In this document: positions 37,858-48,325 of the stretch, one piece after another
Layout: each line of letters starts with the position of its first letter
Numbering within the stretch: position 1 is the stretch's first letter
Source: Caulobacteraceae bacterium
GTDB lineage: Bacteria > Pseudomonadota > Alphaproteobacteria > Caulobacterales > Caulobacteraceae
Direction: 5' to 3'
Assembly (NCBI GenBank): GCA_035605655.1
Contig: DASZKO010000085.1
Coordinates: forward strand, 1,409 to 65,408
DNA: 64,000 bases
Made by a program: the position numbers and the translations under genes
The notes under the pieces: model-generated
The model's database searches: none
The model's input: the letters and a program-made list of their open reading frames with translations, nothing else
Told to the model about the DNA's origin: nothing

Positions 37858-39737
37858 GACGCCTCCGCCAACTCGATCAGCGCGTCCCGCACCCGCGCCA
37901 CCACGCCCGCCCAGTCATGGGGCGCTGTCTGCCGGAACTGCCGCAGGCTGGGATACCACGGACTGTCTTCACGGCTCTCCAGCCACCGCCAGCAGGTGTC
38001 GAAGCGGTTGAGCAGCCAGACCGGCTTGCCCATGGCGCCGGCCAGATGGGCCACCGAGGTGTCGACGCTGATCACCAGATCGAGGCCATCGACCAGGGCG
38101 GCGGTGTCGGCGAAATCGCCAATCTCGCCAGTGAAGTCGCTTATGGGCGCCCCGGCGGCCTGCGCTCCCGCCGCACCCTTTTGAAGCGAGACGAAATTGA
38201 CCCCCTTGATGTCGAAAAGCGGGGCGAGAGCGGCCAGCGCAATGGAGCGGCGGCGATCGACGGCCGCCAACTCGGGATAGCCGGTTTTCGGCTCTCCCGC
38301 CCATGCCAGCCCGACCTTCAGACCGCCGAAGGCGGCCAGTCGCTCGCGCCAAAACGCCGCCGCGGCCGGATCAGTGGCGAGGTAGGGGATGTCCGCGGGC
38401 ACGCTCTCGAGAGTCGTGCCGAGCGCGAAGGGAAGGCTGAGGAGTGGCGCATGGGTGTTGAAATCCGGCAGTGTTTCGCCGCGGGCGATGACTTCCGCGA
38501 TCCCCTCGAGCGAGCACATCAGCCGCTTCAGCGGGGGCTGCACCTCGAGAATGACCCTGCCGCCGGCGGCCACAATCGCGGCGTAGCGGCAGAACTGCAG
38601 GGTATCCCCCAATCCCTGCTCGGCGTGCAGCAGAAGGGTCCGCCCGTCCAGCGCCTCGCCGTTCCACCGCGGCTGAACGAAGTCCCGCTCGCCGCCCAGC
38701 ATGTGGCGGGTGCGCCAGCGCCATTCGTGCTCGCGCCAGCCCTCCTCGAACTCGCCGCGCAGCAGCAGGGCGTAGGCGAGATTGCCGTGAACCTCGGCGT
38801 GACCGGACTGAAGGCGTAGCGCCTCGCGATAGCTCGCCACTGCCTCGTCCATGCGGCGAAGATCGTGCAGGGCGGCGCCGAGATTGAAATGGGCGTCGGC
38901 GTCGGCCGGAACCATGGCCACCGTCTCACGCAGAATTGTCTCGGCCTCGCCGGCCCGACCCAAGCGGGTCAGGACGACGCCCAGATTGCGCCGACTGTCC
39001 GCTCGCTCGGGCCGCAACCCCACCGCTTCGACAAGGCTTGTTTCCGCCTCCGCCAGCCGGCCTTGTTCGGTGAGCAGAACGCCGAGGTTGTTGAGGCAAT
39101 CCCAATTCTGTGGACGAAGCCGCAGCGCCTCGCGGTAGCTGGCCTCGGCTTCCTCGGGCCGGCCAAGGGCGCTCAAGGAGATGCCGAGATTGCCCTGGGC
39201 ATCGGCGTGGCGGGGATCGAGTCGAAGCGCCTTGCGGTAGGTCGCCTCGGCTTCGGCCGGCCGGCCCAGCGCCATCTGGGCGAGGCCCAGATTGTTGAGG
39301 GCGTCGACAAAGCCGGGCTGCAGGCGGATGGCTTTTCGGTAGCTGGCCTCGGCGGCGGCCGATCGCCCGAGAGCCGCTTGGGCGATGCCCAGGCTGTTGA
39401 GTGCGTCGGGATAGTCAGGCTTTAGGCGCAAGGCGCTCTTGAGCGCGGCGGTCGCCTCTTCGGGGCGGCCCAGGGCGTTGAGCACAAGGCCGAGATTGCA
39501 GTGGAAGTCGGCGCGCCGGCGGGCGTGGCCGATGGCCCGGCCGATGAGTTCGGCGGCCGCCTCGCTGTGACCGGTCTGGTGAGCAAGGACGCCGAGCAGG
39601 TGGAGGGTGTCGGGGTGGGAAGGCTCGCTCGCCAGGACCTGGCGATAGGCCGCCTCGGCCTCCTGCAGCCGCCCGCTCTGGTGGGCGCCGAGACCGCGCC
39701 GGAACGTCTCGGCGAGCGATGACGACGCTGTGTTCAC
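37854..39737 (-). CDS. TPR-repeat protein with C-terminal GT-B (GT9-like) domain
   Basis: About 9 TPRs (NLG..L..LGR.EEA...YR.AL.L.P), then EQGLGDTLQF.RY, LAWAG, DLVISVDTSVAHLAGAMG, WRW, SPWYP. GTG overlaps the upstream stop. Confidence 0.88.
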   Translation of the reverse strand: MNTASSSLAETFRRGLGAHQSGRLQEAEAAYRQVLASEPSHPDTLHLLGVLAHQTGHSEAAAELIGRAIGHARRRADFHCNLGLVLNALGRPEEATAALKSALRLKPDYPDALNSLGIAQAALGRSAAAEASYRKAIRLQPGFVDALNNLGLAQMALGRPAEAEATYRKALRLDPRHADAQGNLGISLSALGRPEEAEASYREALRLRPQNWDCLNNLGVLLTEQGRLAEAETSLVEAVGLRPERADSRRNLGVVLTRLGRAGEAETILRETVAMVPADADAHFNLGAALHDLRRMDEAVASYREALRLQSGHAEVHGNLAYALLLRGEFEEGWREHEWRWRTRHMLGGERDFVQPRWNGEALDGRTLLLHAEQGLGDTLQFCRYAAIVAAGGRVILEVQPPLKRLMCSLEGIAEVIARGETLPDFNTHAPLLSLPFALGTTLESVPADIPYLATDPAAAAFWRERLAAFGGLKVGLAWAGEPKTGYPELAAVDRRRSIALAALAPLFDIKGVNFVSLQKGAAGAQAAGAPISDFTGEIGDFADTAALVDGLDLVISVDTSVAHLAGAMGKPVWLLNRFDTCWRWLESREDSPWYPSLRQFRQTAPHDWAGVVARVRDALIELAEAS

Positions 39738-41842
39738 ACGGCCGCGACCTTTGCGCTGACGATAGGCAGCTTGCGCACCCTTTTTCCGGTTGCGGCGGCC
39801 AGGGCGTTGGCGAGCGCGGGCGGCAGCGGCGGGACGGGCGGCTCGCCGACACCGGTGACCTTGGCTTCGGGTGTATCGAGAATCACCGTGTCGATCTGCG
39901 GGGCGGCGGCCATGCGGACCATGGGATAGGTGTCGAACCAAGCCTGCTCGACCTTCCCGTCTCTCAAGGTGATCTCTTGGGCGAGCGTCGCCGACAGGGC
40001 CAGGGTGACGCCGCCTTCGACCTGGGCGCGGACCTGATCGGGATTGACCGCCGTGCCGCAGTCGATGGCGGCGGTGACTTTGTGCACTCTGGGCGAAGCG
40101 CCCGCCGCGCCGGGCGTGAGTTCGACGATTTCCACGCACGGGGTGCCGTCGCGCTCGCAAAGGGCCACGCCGCGGAAGCGGCCGGCCGGCGCCGGCTTGC
40201 CCCACTGCGCCCTCTCGGCAGCGGCTCGCAGCAGGCGCAGGAGGCGCTCGTTTCCGACCAGCAAGCGCTCGCGATAGGCCACGGGATCCTGGCCGGCCAG
40301 GACCGCCAACTCGTCGACGAAGCTCTCCACGAAGAAGGTGTTCTGGGTCCAGTCCACCGAGCGCCAGGCGCCGATTGGCACGCCGGGATTCCACGTCGTG
40401 CAAGTCACGTAGGCGGCCGGCAGCTTGTACGGCGTGGGCGAGATACCCCCGAAGGGTTCGTTGTCCAGGCAGGCGATATCGGCCCTGAAGGCGAGCGGCA
40501 GGCCGTCGGCCCCGAGCGCCGCTTCCAGCTTCGCGACGGCGGCGGGGCGATAAAAGTCGTGCTGGGTGTCCTCCGCCCGGCTCCAGATCAGCTTGACCGG
40601 AACTCCGACTTCCCGGGCGGTCTGGGCCGCGAAGACGCCATAGTCGGTGTTCAGCCGCCGCCCGAAGCCGCCGCCGATCTGGGTGGTGTGAATCTCTACC
40701 TTGTCCTCGCCGACACCGAGAGCCTTGGCGACGTCGTGGCGCAGGTCCGACTGCGCCTGGGTGGGAACCCACAGGGTCACCTTGCCGCCGGCGACGAGGG
40801 CGGTGGCGTTCATCGGCTCCATGGTCGCGTGGGCGAGAAGGGGAACTTCGTAGGTCTGGGCGAAGCGGCGCACGCCCTTCGCCATGGCGGCTTGATGGAT
40901 CGCCAGCGCGGCCGCCGCGGCCCCCTCCTCGAGGTGAGGCTTGCCGCCGCCAGCCGTGGCGAGGGCGTGCAGCTTCGCCGAAATGTCCGCTGACGACACC
41001 CCTGCCAAGGGGCCGGGCGACCAGACGGGCTGCAGGGCCTCGAGGCCGGTCTTGGCGGCCCAGTAGCCGTCGGCGACGACCACGACGGCGGTCTCCAGCT
41101 TGACCACCCGCCGAACTCCCGGGACAGCCAAGGCCGTGGCAGGGTCGACCGACGTCAGCTTGCCGCCGAACCTCGGCGACTGGGCGATGGTCGCCACCAG
41201 CATGCCGGGCTGGTCGACGTCGATCCCATAGACGGCCTTTCCGTTCACCTTGGTGGGGAGATCGAGCCTGGGGATCGGCTGACCGATATAGCGCCAGGCC
41301 GAGCGCGGCTTGAGCTGCGGGCTCGCCGACGGGGCCAGCTGGGCCGCCGCGCCGGCCAGCGCCCCGTAGTCCAGCGACCGGCCGCCAGCGGCCTCGATCA
41401 CCCGACCGTTCTGGGCCCGGCAGGCGGTGGGCGCGAGTCCCCACCGGGCCGCCGCCGCTCGCACCAGCATGTCCCGTCCGGCCGCGCCAAGGCCGCGGAA
41501 GCGCTCGAAGTTGGTCTTGATGGATTCGCTGCCGCCGGTGGAATAGTCGCCGTCGGGGCCGAGGAACGGGGCCCCGATAGGGGCCATCTCGACGCGGATC
41601 CGGCTCCAGTCGGCCTCCAGTTCGTCGGCGATGATCTGGGCGAGGCCCGTCTGGGCGCCCTGGCCCATCTCGACGCTGGTGACCTTGAGGATCACCTCGC
41701 CGGTGGGCTCGATGGCCAGCCAGTCGTGGATATCTCCCTTGCGGGTGAGGGCGATGACGCCGCCCCGCCAGGCGAGGACGAGGGCCGCGGCGGTGGCCGA
41801 ACCGACCAGCAGGCTCCGGCGGGTGACGAGTTCGACGTTCAT
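39734..41842 (-). CDS. Molybdopterin-binding subunit, xanthine dehydrogenase family (IorB-like), Tat-exported
   Basis: TRRSLL Tat motif, EMGQG, TGGSES, HATMEP, GGGFGRR, WRSV, AQVEGG, GVGEP. Confidence 0.9.
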   Translation of the reverse strand: MNVELVTRRSLLVGSATAAALVLAWRGGVIALTRKGDIHDWLAIEPTGEVILKVTSVEMGQGAQTGLAQIIADELEADWSRIRVEMAPIGAPFLGPDGDYSTGGSESIKTNFERFRGLGAAGRDMLVRAAAARWGLAPTACRAQNGRVIEAAGGRSLDYGALAGAAAQLAPSASPQLKPRSAWRYIGQPIPRLDLPTKVNGKAVYGIDVDQPGMLVATIAQSPRFGGKLTSVDPATALAVPGVRRVVKLETAVVVVADGYWAAKTGLEALQPVWSPGPLAGVSSADISAKLHALATAGGGKPHLEEGAAAAALAIHQAAMAKGVRRFAQTYEVPLLAHATMEPMNATALVAGGKVTLWVPTQAQSDLRHDVAKALGVGEDKVEIHTTQIGGGFGRRLNTDYGVFAAQTAREVGVPVKLIWSRAEDTQHDFYRPAAVAKLEAALGADGLPLAFRADIACLDNEPFGGISPTPYKLPAAYVTCTTWNPGVPIGAWRSVDWTQNTFFVESFVDELAVLAGQDPVAYRERLLVGNERLLRLLRAAAERAQWGKPAPAGRFRGVALCERDGTPCVEIVELTPGAAGASPRVHKVTAAIDCGTAVNPDQVRAQVEGGVTLALSATLAQEITLRDGKVEQAWFDTYPMVRMAAAPQIDTVILDTPEAKVTGVGEPPVPPLPPALANALAAATGKRVRKLPIVSAKVAAV

Positions 41843-42297
41843 GACGCGGCCGCCGCGCGATGGATGGCGGCGCGAATCCGCCCGTAGGTTCCGCACCGGC
41901 AGATGTTGGTCATCGCCTCGTCGATGTCGCCGTCGGTGGGGCGAGGCTTGGCCTCGAGGAGGGCGGCGGCCTTGAGGATCATCCCCGACTGGCAATAGCC
42001 ACACTGGGGAACCTGTTCGGCCAGCCAGGCCCGCTGCAGGCGGTGTGAGCCGTCGGGCGAAAGGCCTTCGATGGTTGTCACCTTGGCCGCTAATACCGCC
42101 GACACCGGCAGGGTGCAGGAGGTGCGCGCCTGACCGTCGAGAAGCACGGTGCAGGCGCCGCACATGGCCACCCCACAGCCGAACTTGGGCCCGGTCAGCT
42201 TCAGGTTCTCGCGCAGCACCCACAGAAGCGGAGTCTGCGGCTCCGCGCTCACCGTACGGGTCGCCCCATTGACGTTGAGCTGGAAGGTCTGGCTCAC
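41839..42297 (-). CDS. (2Fe-2S)-binding subunit (IorA-like)
   Basis: [47 protein letters not shown] start with RBS GGAGGG. Confidence 0.92.
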   Translation of the reverse strand: MSQTFQLNVNGATRTVSAEPQTPLLWVLRENLKLTGPKFGCGVAMCGACTVLLDGQARTSCTLPVSAVLAAKVTTIEGLSPDGSHRLQRAWLAEQVPQCGYCQSGMILKAAALLEAKPRPTDGDIDEAMTNICRCGTYGRIRAAIHRAAAAS

Positions 42298-42379
42298 GTT
42301 CCCTCCCCCGGGTGCGACCACGGACTTACGACGCGGCAAATGATTCCAATCGGGCGCTCGAGGCAAGGGGAACCAGCGG

Positions 42380-43582
42380 ATGGATGCGGACGACGAAGCG
42401 AACGGCCCTTTGGCCGGGCTGAAGGTCATCGAGATGGGCCAGCTCATCGCCGGCCCATTCTGCGGCCAGCTCCTCGGCGACATGGGCGCCGACGTGGTCA
42501 AGATCGAAGCCCCCGGGACCGGCGATCCGATGCGCGTTTGGGGCCGGCCCGGCTTCCCCCTCCATTGGGAGGTGGTCAATCGCAACAAGCGCACCGTCTC
42601 GGCAGACCTGCGCCGCCCCGAGGGCCAGGACCTCGCCCGGCGGCTGATCGCCGGCGCCGACGTCCTCATCGAAAACTTCCGCCCTGGCACCCTGGAGAAA
42701 TGGAACCTGGCGCCCGACGACCTGATCGGAGCCACCCCCAAACTCATCGTGGTGAGGATGTCGGGCTACGGCCAGAGTGGGCCCTATTCCGAGCGGGCGG
42801 GGTATGGCGGCATCGGCGAAGCCATGGGCGGCTGGCGGCGCATCGTCGGCGAGCCCGACCGGCCGCCGGCCCGTGTAGGCGTCTCGATCGGCGATGCTTT
42901 GGCCGCCACTTACGGCGCGCTGGGCGCACTGGCCGCCTTGCGTCACCGCGAGATTACCGGCGAGGGCCAGGTGGTCGATTCCGCCCTCTACGAGGCGGTG
43001 CTTCAGGTGATGGAATCCCTCGTCCCCGACTACGCCGTGGCCGGATTCACCCGCGCCCGCTCGGGCTCGATCCTGCCCGGCATCGCCCCCTCCAACGTCT
43101 ATCCCTGCGCCGACGGCGATTATCTCATCGCCGCCAACCAGGACACCGTGTTCGCCAGGCTGTGCCAGGCGATGGGCGCATCGGAACTGGCCGCGGATCC
43201 TCGCTTCTCCACCCACGAGGCCCGAGCCGAGCGCCAGGGCGAGCTCGACGCCCTGATCGAAGCCTGGACGCGGTGGCGGACGGTGGCGCAGGTCGAGGCG
43301 GCGATGATCGAAGCCGGCGTCCCGGCGGGGAAGATCTTCGGGCCCGCCGACATGCTCGCCGACCCGCATTTCCAGGCCCGGGACAGCCTGGTCGAGATCG
43401 ACCATCCGCGGTGGGGCAAGCTGCCGATGCAAAACGTCTTTCCACGTCTTTCCAAGACACCCGGACGGGTGCGCCGGACGGCCTCGCAAGCCGTCGGCCA
43501 GGATAACGCGGAGGTCTATGCCGAGCGCCTGGGGATCGATGCGTCGGCCTTGGCGAAACTCGCGGCGGACGGGGTGATCTGA
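42380..43582 (+). CDS. CaiB/BaiF family III CoA-transferase
   Basis: [44 protein letters not shown]. Confidence 0.9.
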   Translation: MDADDEANGPLAGLKVIEMGQLIAGPFCGQLLGDMGADVVKIEAPGTGDPMRVWGRPGFPLHWEVVNRNKRTVSADLRRPEGQDLARRLIAGADVLIENFRPGTLEKWNLAPDDLIGATPKLIVVRMSGYGQSGPYSERAGYGGIGEAMGGWRRIVGEPDRPPARVGVSIGDALAATYGALGALAALRHREITGEGQVVDSALYEAVLQVMESLVPDYAVAGFTRARSGSILPGIAPSNVYPCADGDYLIAANQDTVFARLCQAMGASELAADPRFSTHEARAERQGELDALIEAWTRWRTVAQVEAAMIEAGVPAGKIFGPADMLADPHFQARDSLVEIDHPRWGKLPMQNVFPRLSKTPGRVRRTASQAVGQDNAEVYAERLGIDASALAKLAADGVI

Positions 43583-43585
43583 GCC

Positions 43586-44704
43586 CTAGGTGCGCGCCTC
43601 GATCCAGGCGGCGATCAGATCGGCGACCTCGGCGCGTTCTGTGGGCGAGTCCTCGAAGTAGTGGGCGCCTTTGACCAGCTCGAGCGACTTGTCCGCCGAG
43701 CCCAGGAAACCGTGGATCGCCCGCGCGTCGGAGGGAAAGACGCCGACGTCGCCCAGGGACTGCGCCACCAGGGCGGGAATGGCGATCTTCGTCAGGTGAG
43801 GTTCGCCGCGGCAAAGGGATGTCTCCAGGCTCCACATGGACAGCCAGGTGCGAAGGCTGCTGGCGCGGCCGATGCTCGGCCGACGGTTGGCGGTGGCCGG
43901 ATCGCCGGCGTAGCACCATCGCGGCCGCCGTTCGGAGGGGTCGATGGCCGGATCCATGAATCGCAGGTCGCCCCAGCAGCGGAACAGGGGAAAGATCCGG
44001 TCGGGCGTGCCGGCGGCGTTCAGGCGCGCCAGCTCGGCCGTGGCCCAGTCGGTGATCCTCTGGTTGCGGGCGATCTGGGCGGCGCGATAGCGGGCGATGA
44101 ATTCCGGCTCGTAAGGCGGCCCGGGATCGAAAGGATCGAGGGCCGGATCGGTGGCCAGGGGATCGGCCTCGTCGGCCGCCGAGGCGTCCATCCAGGCGGT
44201 CAGCACCTCTGGGCGGCCCTGGTGGGCATTGAGCGAGACGTAGAGATCGGCGGCGGGCAAGGCGGCGAGCGCCTCGGCGGCGGGTCCCCGGAATCCGCTT
44301 GCCAGGGTGGGCGTTGTCGCCTCGGCCTGGTAGGCCCCCATCAGGGAGCCGCCGCCGGAATTGCCAAGAATAACCACCCGTTCCGCGCCGGCTTCCTCGC
44401 GCAGCCACTTCACGCCTACAGCGATGTCGATCAGGGCGTGGTCGAGCAGGAAGAGGTCCTCGGCTCCGCGAAAGCGGGTGTTCCAACCCAGGAATCCGAA
44501 GCCGCGCTCGGCGATGAACGGGGCGAGATAATGTTCGGAGAAGTCGACGTTGTAGTGGGTGGCGATGATCGCCGTCTTCGGCGCCGTCCCGGCGGCGCGG
44601 ACGTAGAGGCCCTGGCAGGGATGGCCGCCGGCCAGGATGCGCGGCGCGGTGGCAGAGGGCCGGCCAACGAACCTGACGTCCAATCCCTTCGCCCACTCGG
44701 CCAT
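43586..44704 (-). CDS. Alpha/beta hydrolase
   Basis: GNSGGGSL nucleophile elbow, GD..VFP, GAHYF. Confidence 0.78.
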   Translation of the reverse strand: MAEWAKGLDVRFVGRPSATAPRILAGGHPCQGLYVRAAGTAPKTAIIATHYNVDFSEHYLAPFIAERGFGFLGWNTRFRGAEDLFLLDHALIDIAVGVKWLREEAGAERVVILGNSGGGSLMGAYQAEATTPTLASGFRGPAAEALAALPAADLYVSLNAHQGRPEVLTAWMDASAADEADPLATDPALDPFDPGPPYEPEFIARYRAAQIARNQRITDWATAELARLNAAGTPDRIFPLFRCWGDLRFMDPAIDPSERRPRWCYAGDPATANRRPSIGRASSLRTWLSMWSLETSLCRGEPHLTKIAIPALVAQSLGDVGVFPSDARAIHGFLGSADKSLELVKGAHYFEDSPTERAEVADLIAAWIEART

Positions 44705-44713
44705 GAACGGCTC

Positions 44714-45391
44714 CTATGAAAGCCCGAAGGCGCGGTCGAATGCGGCGGCCCCGGTCGGCGTGAAGCTCACCACCCGGCCCTCGGCGCGGCGGGCCCAACC
44801 GGCCGCCAGAACGTGCTCGAAGAGAGCCGCGCCCAGGCCTCCGGCGAGATGGGCCTTGCGCTCGGACCAATCCAGGCAGGCGCGGCACAGCGGCCGGCGC
44901 CCTCGCGCCAGTCCCGCCACATCGAGGCCAAGTCCGGCGAAGAAGGCCCGGCCGCCGTCGGACAACTCGACGTGGGGGCCGAAGGTCATGAGGCCGCGCG
45001 CCTGAAGGGCTTCGGCGGCGGCCACCGCCCGCTCGCCGGCCAGATGGTCGTAACACACCCGGGCGGCCCTGAGGGCCCGGTCTCTGGGTCCCGTCCGTGT
45101 GCGCACCGCCCCGGTTCGCTGGGCAAGCCCCATAAGGGCTTCGATCACCTCGGCCACGTCGGGACCGGAAAGCCTGAAGTAGCGGTGCCGGCCTTGCTTT
45201 TCGACGCTCAGCAAACCGGCGTCGGAGAGTCTGGCGAGGTGGCCGCTCGCGGTCGGAGCGGCGACGCCGGCTTCCCGGGCCAGTTCGCTTGCGGTCAGGG
45301 CGCGGCCGTCGATGAGCGCGGTGAGCATGTTGGCCCGCCCGGGATCGCCCAGCAGGGCGGCGAGGGCGGCGATGTTGGGTCCTTCGTGCAT
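44714..45391 (-). CDS. ArsR/SmtB family regulator (YdfF-like, Cys-containing C-terminus)
   Basis: LGDPGRA.ML..L, TASELA, TASGHLARL, QGRHRYFRL, RVCYDHLAG, CLDWSER..HLAG. Confidence 0.9.
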   Translation of the reverse strand: MHEGPNIAALAALLGDPGRANMLTALIDGRALTASELAREAGVAAPTASGHLARLSDAGLLSVEKQGRHRYFRLSGPDVAEVIEALMGLAQRTGAVRTRTGPRDRALRAARVCYDHLAGERAVAAAEALQARGLMTFGPHVELSDGGRAFFAGLGLDVAGLARGRRPLCRACLDWSERKAHLAGGLGAALFEHVLAAGWARRAEGRVVSFTPTGAAAFDRAFGLS

Positions 45392-45393
45392 GG

Positions 45394-45409
45394 TTCGGTC
45401 ATAACCGAA
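45394..45409. promoter_or_regulatory. Inverted repeat, putative ArsR-family operator
   Basis: TTCGGT-CATA-ACCGAA, 2 nt upstream of the regulator start codon, in the divergent gap. Confidence 0.65.
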
Positions 45410-45467
45410 GTATATTCGCCGGGCCAGCCGCTATGAACGGCGCGGTTCGCTTTTCGAGGAGTCCACC

Positions 45468-45791
45468 GTGATCGCCTGCTTCATTCGCTATGAGATCGAC
45501 CCCTTCAAGACCGACGAGTTCGCCCGCTACGCCGAGGGCTGGCGCGAGGCCATTCCACGCTGTGGGGCGCGCCTGATCGGCTATTTCGGACCCCACGAGG
45601 GCTCGGCCACGACCGCCTACGGAGCCTACGTCATCGACAGCCTGGCTGCCTATGAGGCCTATCGCGCGGCGCTGAAAGCCGATCCCGCCAGCCGCAGCAA
45701 CTTCGCCATGGCCCGGGACGGGGGCTTCATCCGCCGCGAGGACCGACTGTTCCTGGAGCCCCTGTGCGGCCCCTATGGCGAAGGCGGTTGA
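45468..45791 (+). CDS. NIPSNAP family protein
   Basis: CFIRYEIDP, IPRCG..LIGYF.PHEG, SLAAYEAYR, I.REDR.FL. RBS GAGGAG. Confidence 0.88.
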   Translation: MIACFIRYEIDPFKTDEFARYAEGWREAIPRCGARLIGYFGPHEGSATTAYGAYVIDSLAAYEAYRAALKADPASRSNFAMARDGGFIRREDRLFLEPLCGPYGEGG

Positions 45792-45875
45792 TCGCCGAAC
45801 GCTTGCCAGAGCGCCGGATTTGAGAGCCTTCATGCGTCGGCGGCGGCATCAAGCTCCCGCGATTAGGAGCAGCCG

Positions 45876-47189
45876 TTGTCCGCGATCGCCCTCGACGAGC
45901 CCGCCGGACCGATCAGCCCACCGGCCTTCCTGCCCCTGCGCAAGGTGGCCGCCGTGGGGATCGGCAACGCACTCTCGTTCTACGACTTCCTGACCTACTC
46001 CTTCTTCGCGATCCAGATCGGCCACACCTTCTTCCCCGGCGGCGACGCCTCCCACAGCCTGCTCTATTCCCTGGCGACCTTCGGGGTCGGCTTCGCCACC
46101 CGGCCGCTGGGCGGACTGATCATCGGAGCCTACGCCGACCGGGCCGGGCGGAAACCGGCGATGATCCTTTCGTTCACCCTGATGGGGCTGGGAATCCTCG
46201 GCCTGGCGCTCACGCCCTCCTATGCCCAGATCGGCGTCGCCGCCCCGGCGCTGCTGGTCTTTTTCCGCCTCATGCAGGGCTTTGCGCTCGGCGGCGAGGT
46301 CGGACCCTCGACGGCTTTCCTGATCGAGGCGGCGCCGCCCTTGCGGCGAGGGCTGTACCTGGCGCTGCAATACGCCACCCAGGACTTCGCGGTGCTCATC
46401 GCCGGCCTGGTCGGCTTCATCCTGTCCTCCGTCCTGGCGCCCGCCGACTTGCAGGGCTGGGGATGGCGACTGGCCTTCCTGATCGGAGCGGCGATCGTGC
46501 CGTTCGGCCTGGTGATGCGCCGCAGCCTGCCCGAGACCTTGTTCCACGCGCCGGCGGGCAGCGGGGCGGCCGCGCCGGCCCGCCGACGGCTCCCGGTGAA
46601 GATTCTCGTCCTCGGCCTGGCCATGCTGGGGGCCGGCACGATCGCCAACTACGCGCTCGGTTATCTGACCACCTACGCCCAGGACAGCCTTCACCTGGCC
46701 GCCAGCATTGCTTTCGGGGCGACCATCGTCCTGGGCGCGGCGGCCGTCATTTGCGACATCGCCTGCGGCCTCATGTCCGACAAGCTTGGCCGCAAACCGG
46801 TGATGGTGATCTCCGGCGTGGCCTTCACGCTGCTGAGCGTGCCGGCCTTCCTGATGATGGTCCGCGCGCCCAGCGTATGGACTCTGTGGGGCGCGACCGC
46901 CCTGCTGAGCGCGCTATTGTCCTTCATGAGCGGTCCGGCGCTCATCACCATCACCGAATCCCTGCCGAGGGGCGTACGCTCGGGCGCGCTCGGCACCCTT
47001 TACGCGGTGGCGATCGCCGGTTTCGGCGGGAGCACCCAGTTCCTTATCAAATGGCTCACCGACGTCACCGGCAGCCCTCTGGCGCCGGCGTGGTACATGA
47101 CCGGCGCCATGGCGATCGGGACCCTGGCGATGATCCTGACCCGCGAGACGGCGCCCGTGAAGACTGGCGTCCACGACGACCTCGCCTGA
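45876..47189 (+). CDS. MFS transporter (metabolite:H+ symporter family)
   Basis: GNAL.FYDF, FGVGF..RPLGG, ADRAGRK, RL.QGFALGGE, GWGWR, DKLGRKP. Confidence 0.9.
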   Translation: MSAIALDEPAGPISPPAFLPLRKVAAVGIGNALSFYDFLTYSFFAIQIGHTFFPGGDASHSLLYSLATFGVGFATRPLGGLIIGAYADRAGRKPAMILSFTLMGLGILGLALTPSYAQIGVAAPALLVFFRLMQGFALGGEVGPSTAFLIEAAPPLRRGLYLALQYATQDFAVLIAGLVGFILSSVLAPADLQGWGWRLAFLIGAAIVPFGLVMRRSLPETLFHAPAGSGAAAPARRRLPVKILVLGLAMLGAGTIANYALGYLTTYAQDSLHLAASIAFGATIVLGAAAVICDIACGLMSDKLGRKPVMVISGVAFTLLSVPAFLMMVRAPSVWTLWGATALLSALLSFMSGPALITITESLPRGVRSGALGTLYAVAIAGFGGSTQFLIKWLTDVTGSPLAPAWYMTGAMAIGTLAMILTRETAPVKTGVHDDLA

Positions 47190-47192
47190 GGC

Positions 47193-48251
47193 TCACAAAT
47201 CCTCGACGGTGGCGACGGCGGGGCTGATCGACTGGGCTTTTGTCAGCTCGCAGACAAGGATCCGATCGCCCTCGACCACTACCGCGATGTTTTTCAGCCC
47301 GACCGCGACGATACGCGCCCCCGGCGGGCCCCGGACCAGGGAGTCCCGGCACTCGACCATCACAGCGGCGGAACCCTGCACCGCATTGCCATCGACGTCG
47401 TGCGGCGCGGCCGCCCACACCGCGTCCCAGGCCCCCAAATCCGACCAGGCGTAGTCGACACCCAGCACCGCCCCCCGCGCCGTGGTCTCCATCACCGCTA
47501 CATCGATGGCGAGGCTGGGCGCGTCGAGAAAGGACTCGCCGAGGGCCAGAACCTCGCCGTCGCGTTGGCCGCTGTCACGGGCGCCGGCGACCGCGTCCAA
47601 TATGCCAGGAGCGTGGGCGCTCAGCTCGTCCAGCATGACGTCGGCGCGGAACAGGAAATTGCCGCTGTTCCACAGCCACCCGGCCTCGATCAGGGCGCTG
47701 GCGTCGGCGGCGGCGGGTTTTTCGACGAACCGGGCGGCGGCGCGCACCTCCCCGTCCAGCGCCTCTCCCGGCTGGATATAACCGTAGGCGGCCGATGCCG
47801 AGGTCGGTTTCACCCCGAAGGTCACCAGGGCCCCGTGGCTCGCGGCGGCGAGGGCGGCGTGAACGCCGGCGGCAAAGGCCTTCGCGTCCGGGATGTGATG
47901 GTCGGAAGCGACCGCCAGGACGAAGCCCTCGGGATCGATCGCGGCGATTTCCAGCGCCGCGGCGGCGATCGCCGGCCCCGAGCCACGGCCGGCGGGCTCG
48001 GTGATCAGGACGTGGGCGAGGCCGATCGCCGCCATCTGATCGGCCGCCAGGACCCGATGAGCCGCGGCGGCGACGATGATGGGCGCGCAGGCGCCGGAGA
48101 CCCCAGCCACGCGCCGAGCCGTCTTCTGCAACAGGGACTCCCCGCCGGTCAGGGATAGAAACGGCTTGGGTCGGTCCGGCGTCGAAACCGGCCACAGGCG
48201 CGTCCCCGCGCCGCCACACAGAATGACTGGATGGATCGAGCCGGAGGCCAT
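47193..48251 (-). CDS. manC: Mannose-1-phosphate guanylyltransferase
   Basis: PVILCGGAGTRLWP.S...PK, EP.GR, SDH, YGYI, FVEKP, WNSG.F, ID.AVME, WSDLG.W; no C-terminal PMI cupin. Confidence 0.88.
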   Translation of the reverse strand: MASGSIHPVILCGGAGTRLWPVSTPDRPKPFLSLTGGESLLQKTARRVAGVSGACAPIIVAAAAHRVLAADQMAAIGLAHVLITEPAGRGSGPAIAAAALEIAAIDPEGFVLAVASDHHIPDAKAFAAGVHAALAAASHGALVTFGVKPTSASAAYGYIQPGEALDGEVRAAARFVEKPAAADASALIEAGWLWNSGNFLFRADVMLDELSAHAPGILDAVAGARDSGQRDGEVLALGESFLDAPSLAIDVAVMETTARGAVLGVDYAWSDLGAWDAVWAAAPHDVDGNAVQGSAAVMVECRDSLVRGPPGARIVAVGLKNIAVVVEGDRILVCELTKAQSISPAVATVEDL

Positions 48252-48325
48252 CCGCCGCGATAGCCCATTTGACCGCCCGGCCCAAGTGTCCCGATAAGGC
48301 GTTCTTTGGCCCTTGGGAGCTCGCC

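Noticed and set aside
37854-41444. Apparent 1196-aa giant TPR protein
   Set aside because: The N-terminal ~570 aa is an off-frame reading of iorB. The real start is GTG 39737, overlapping the iorB stop
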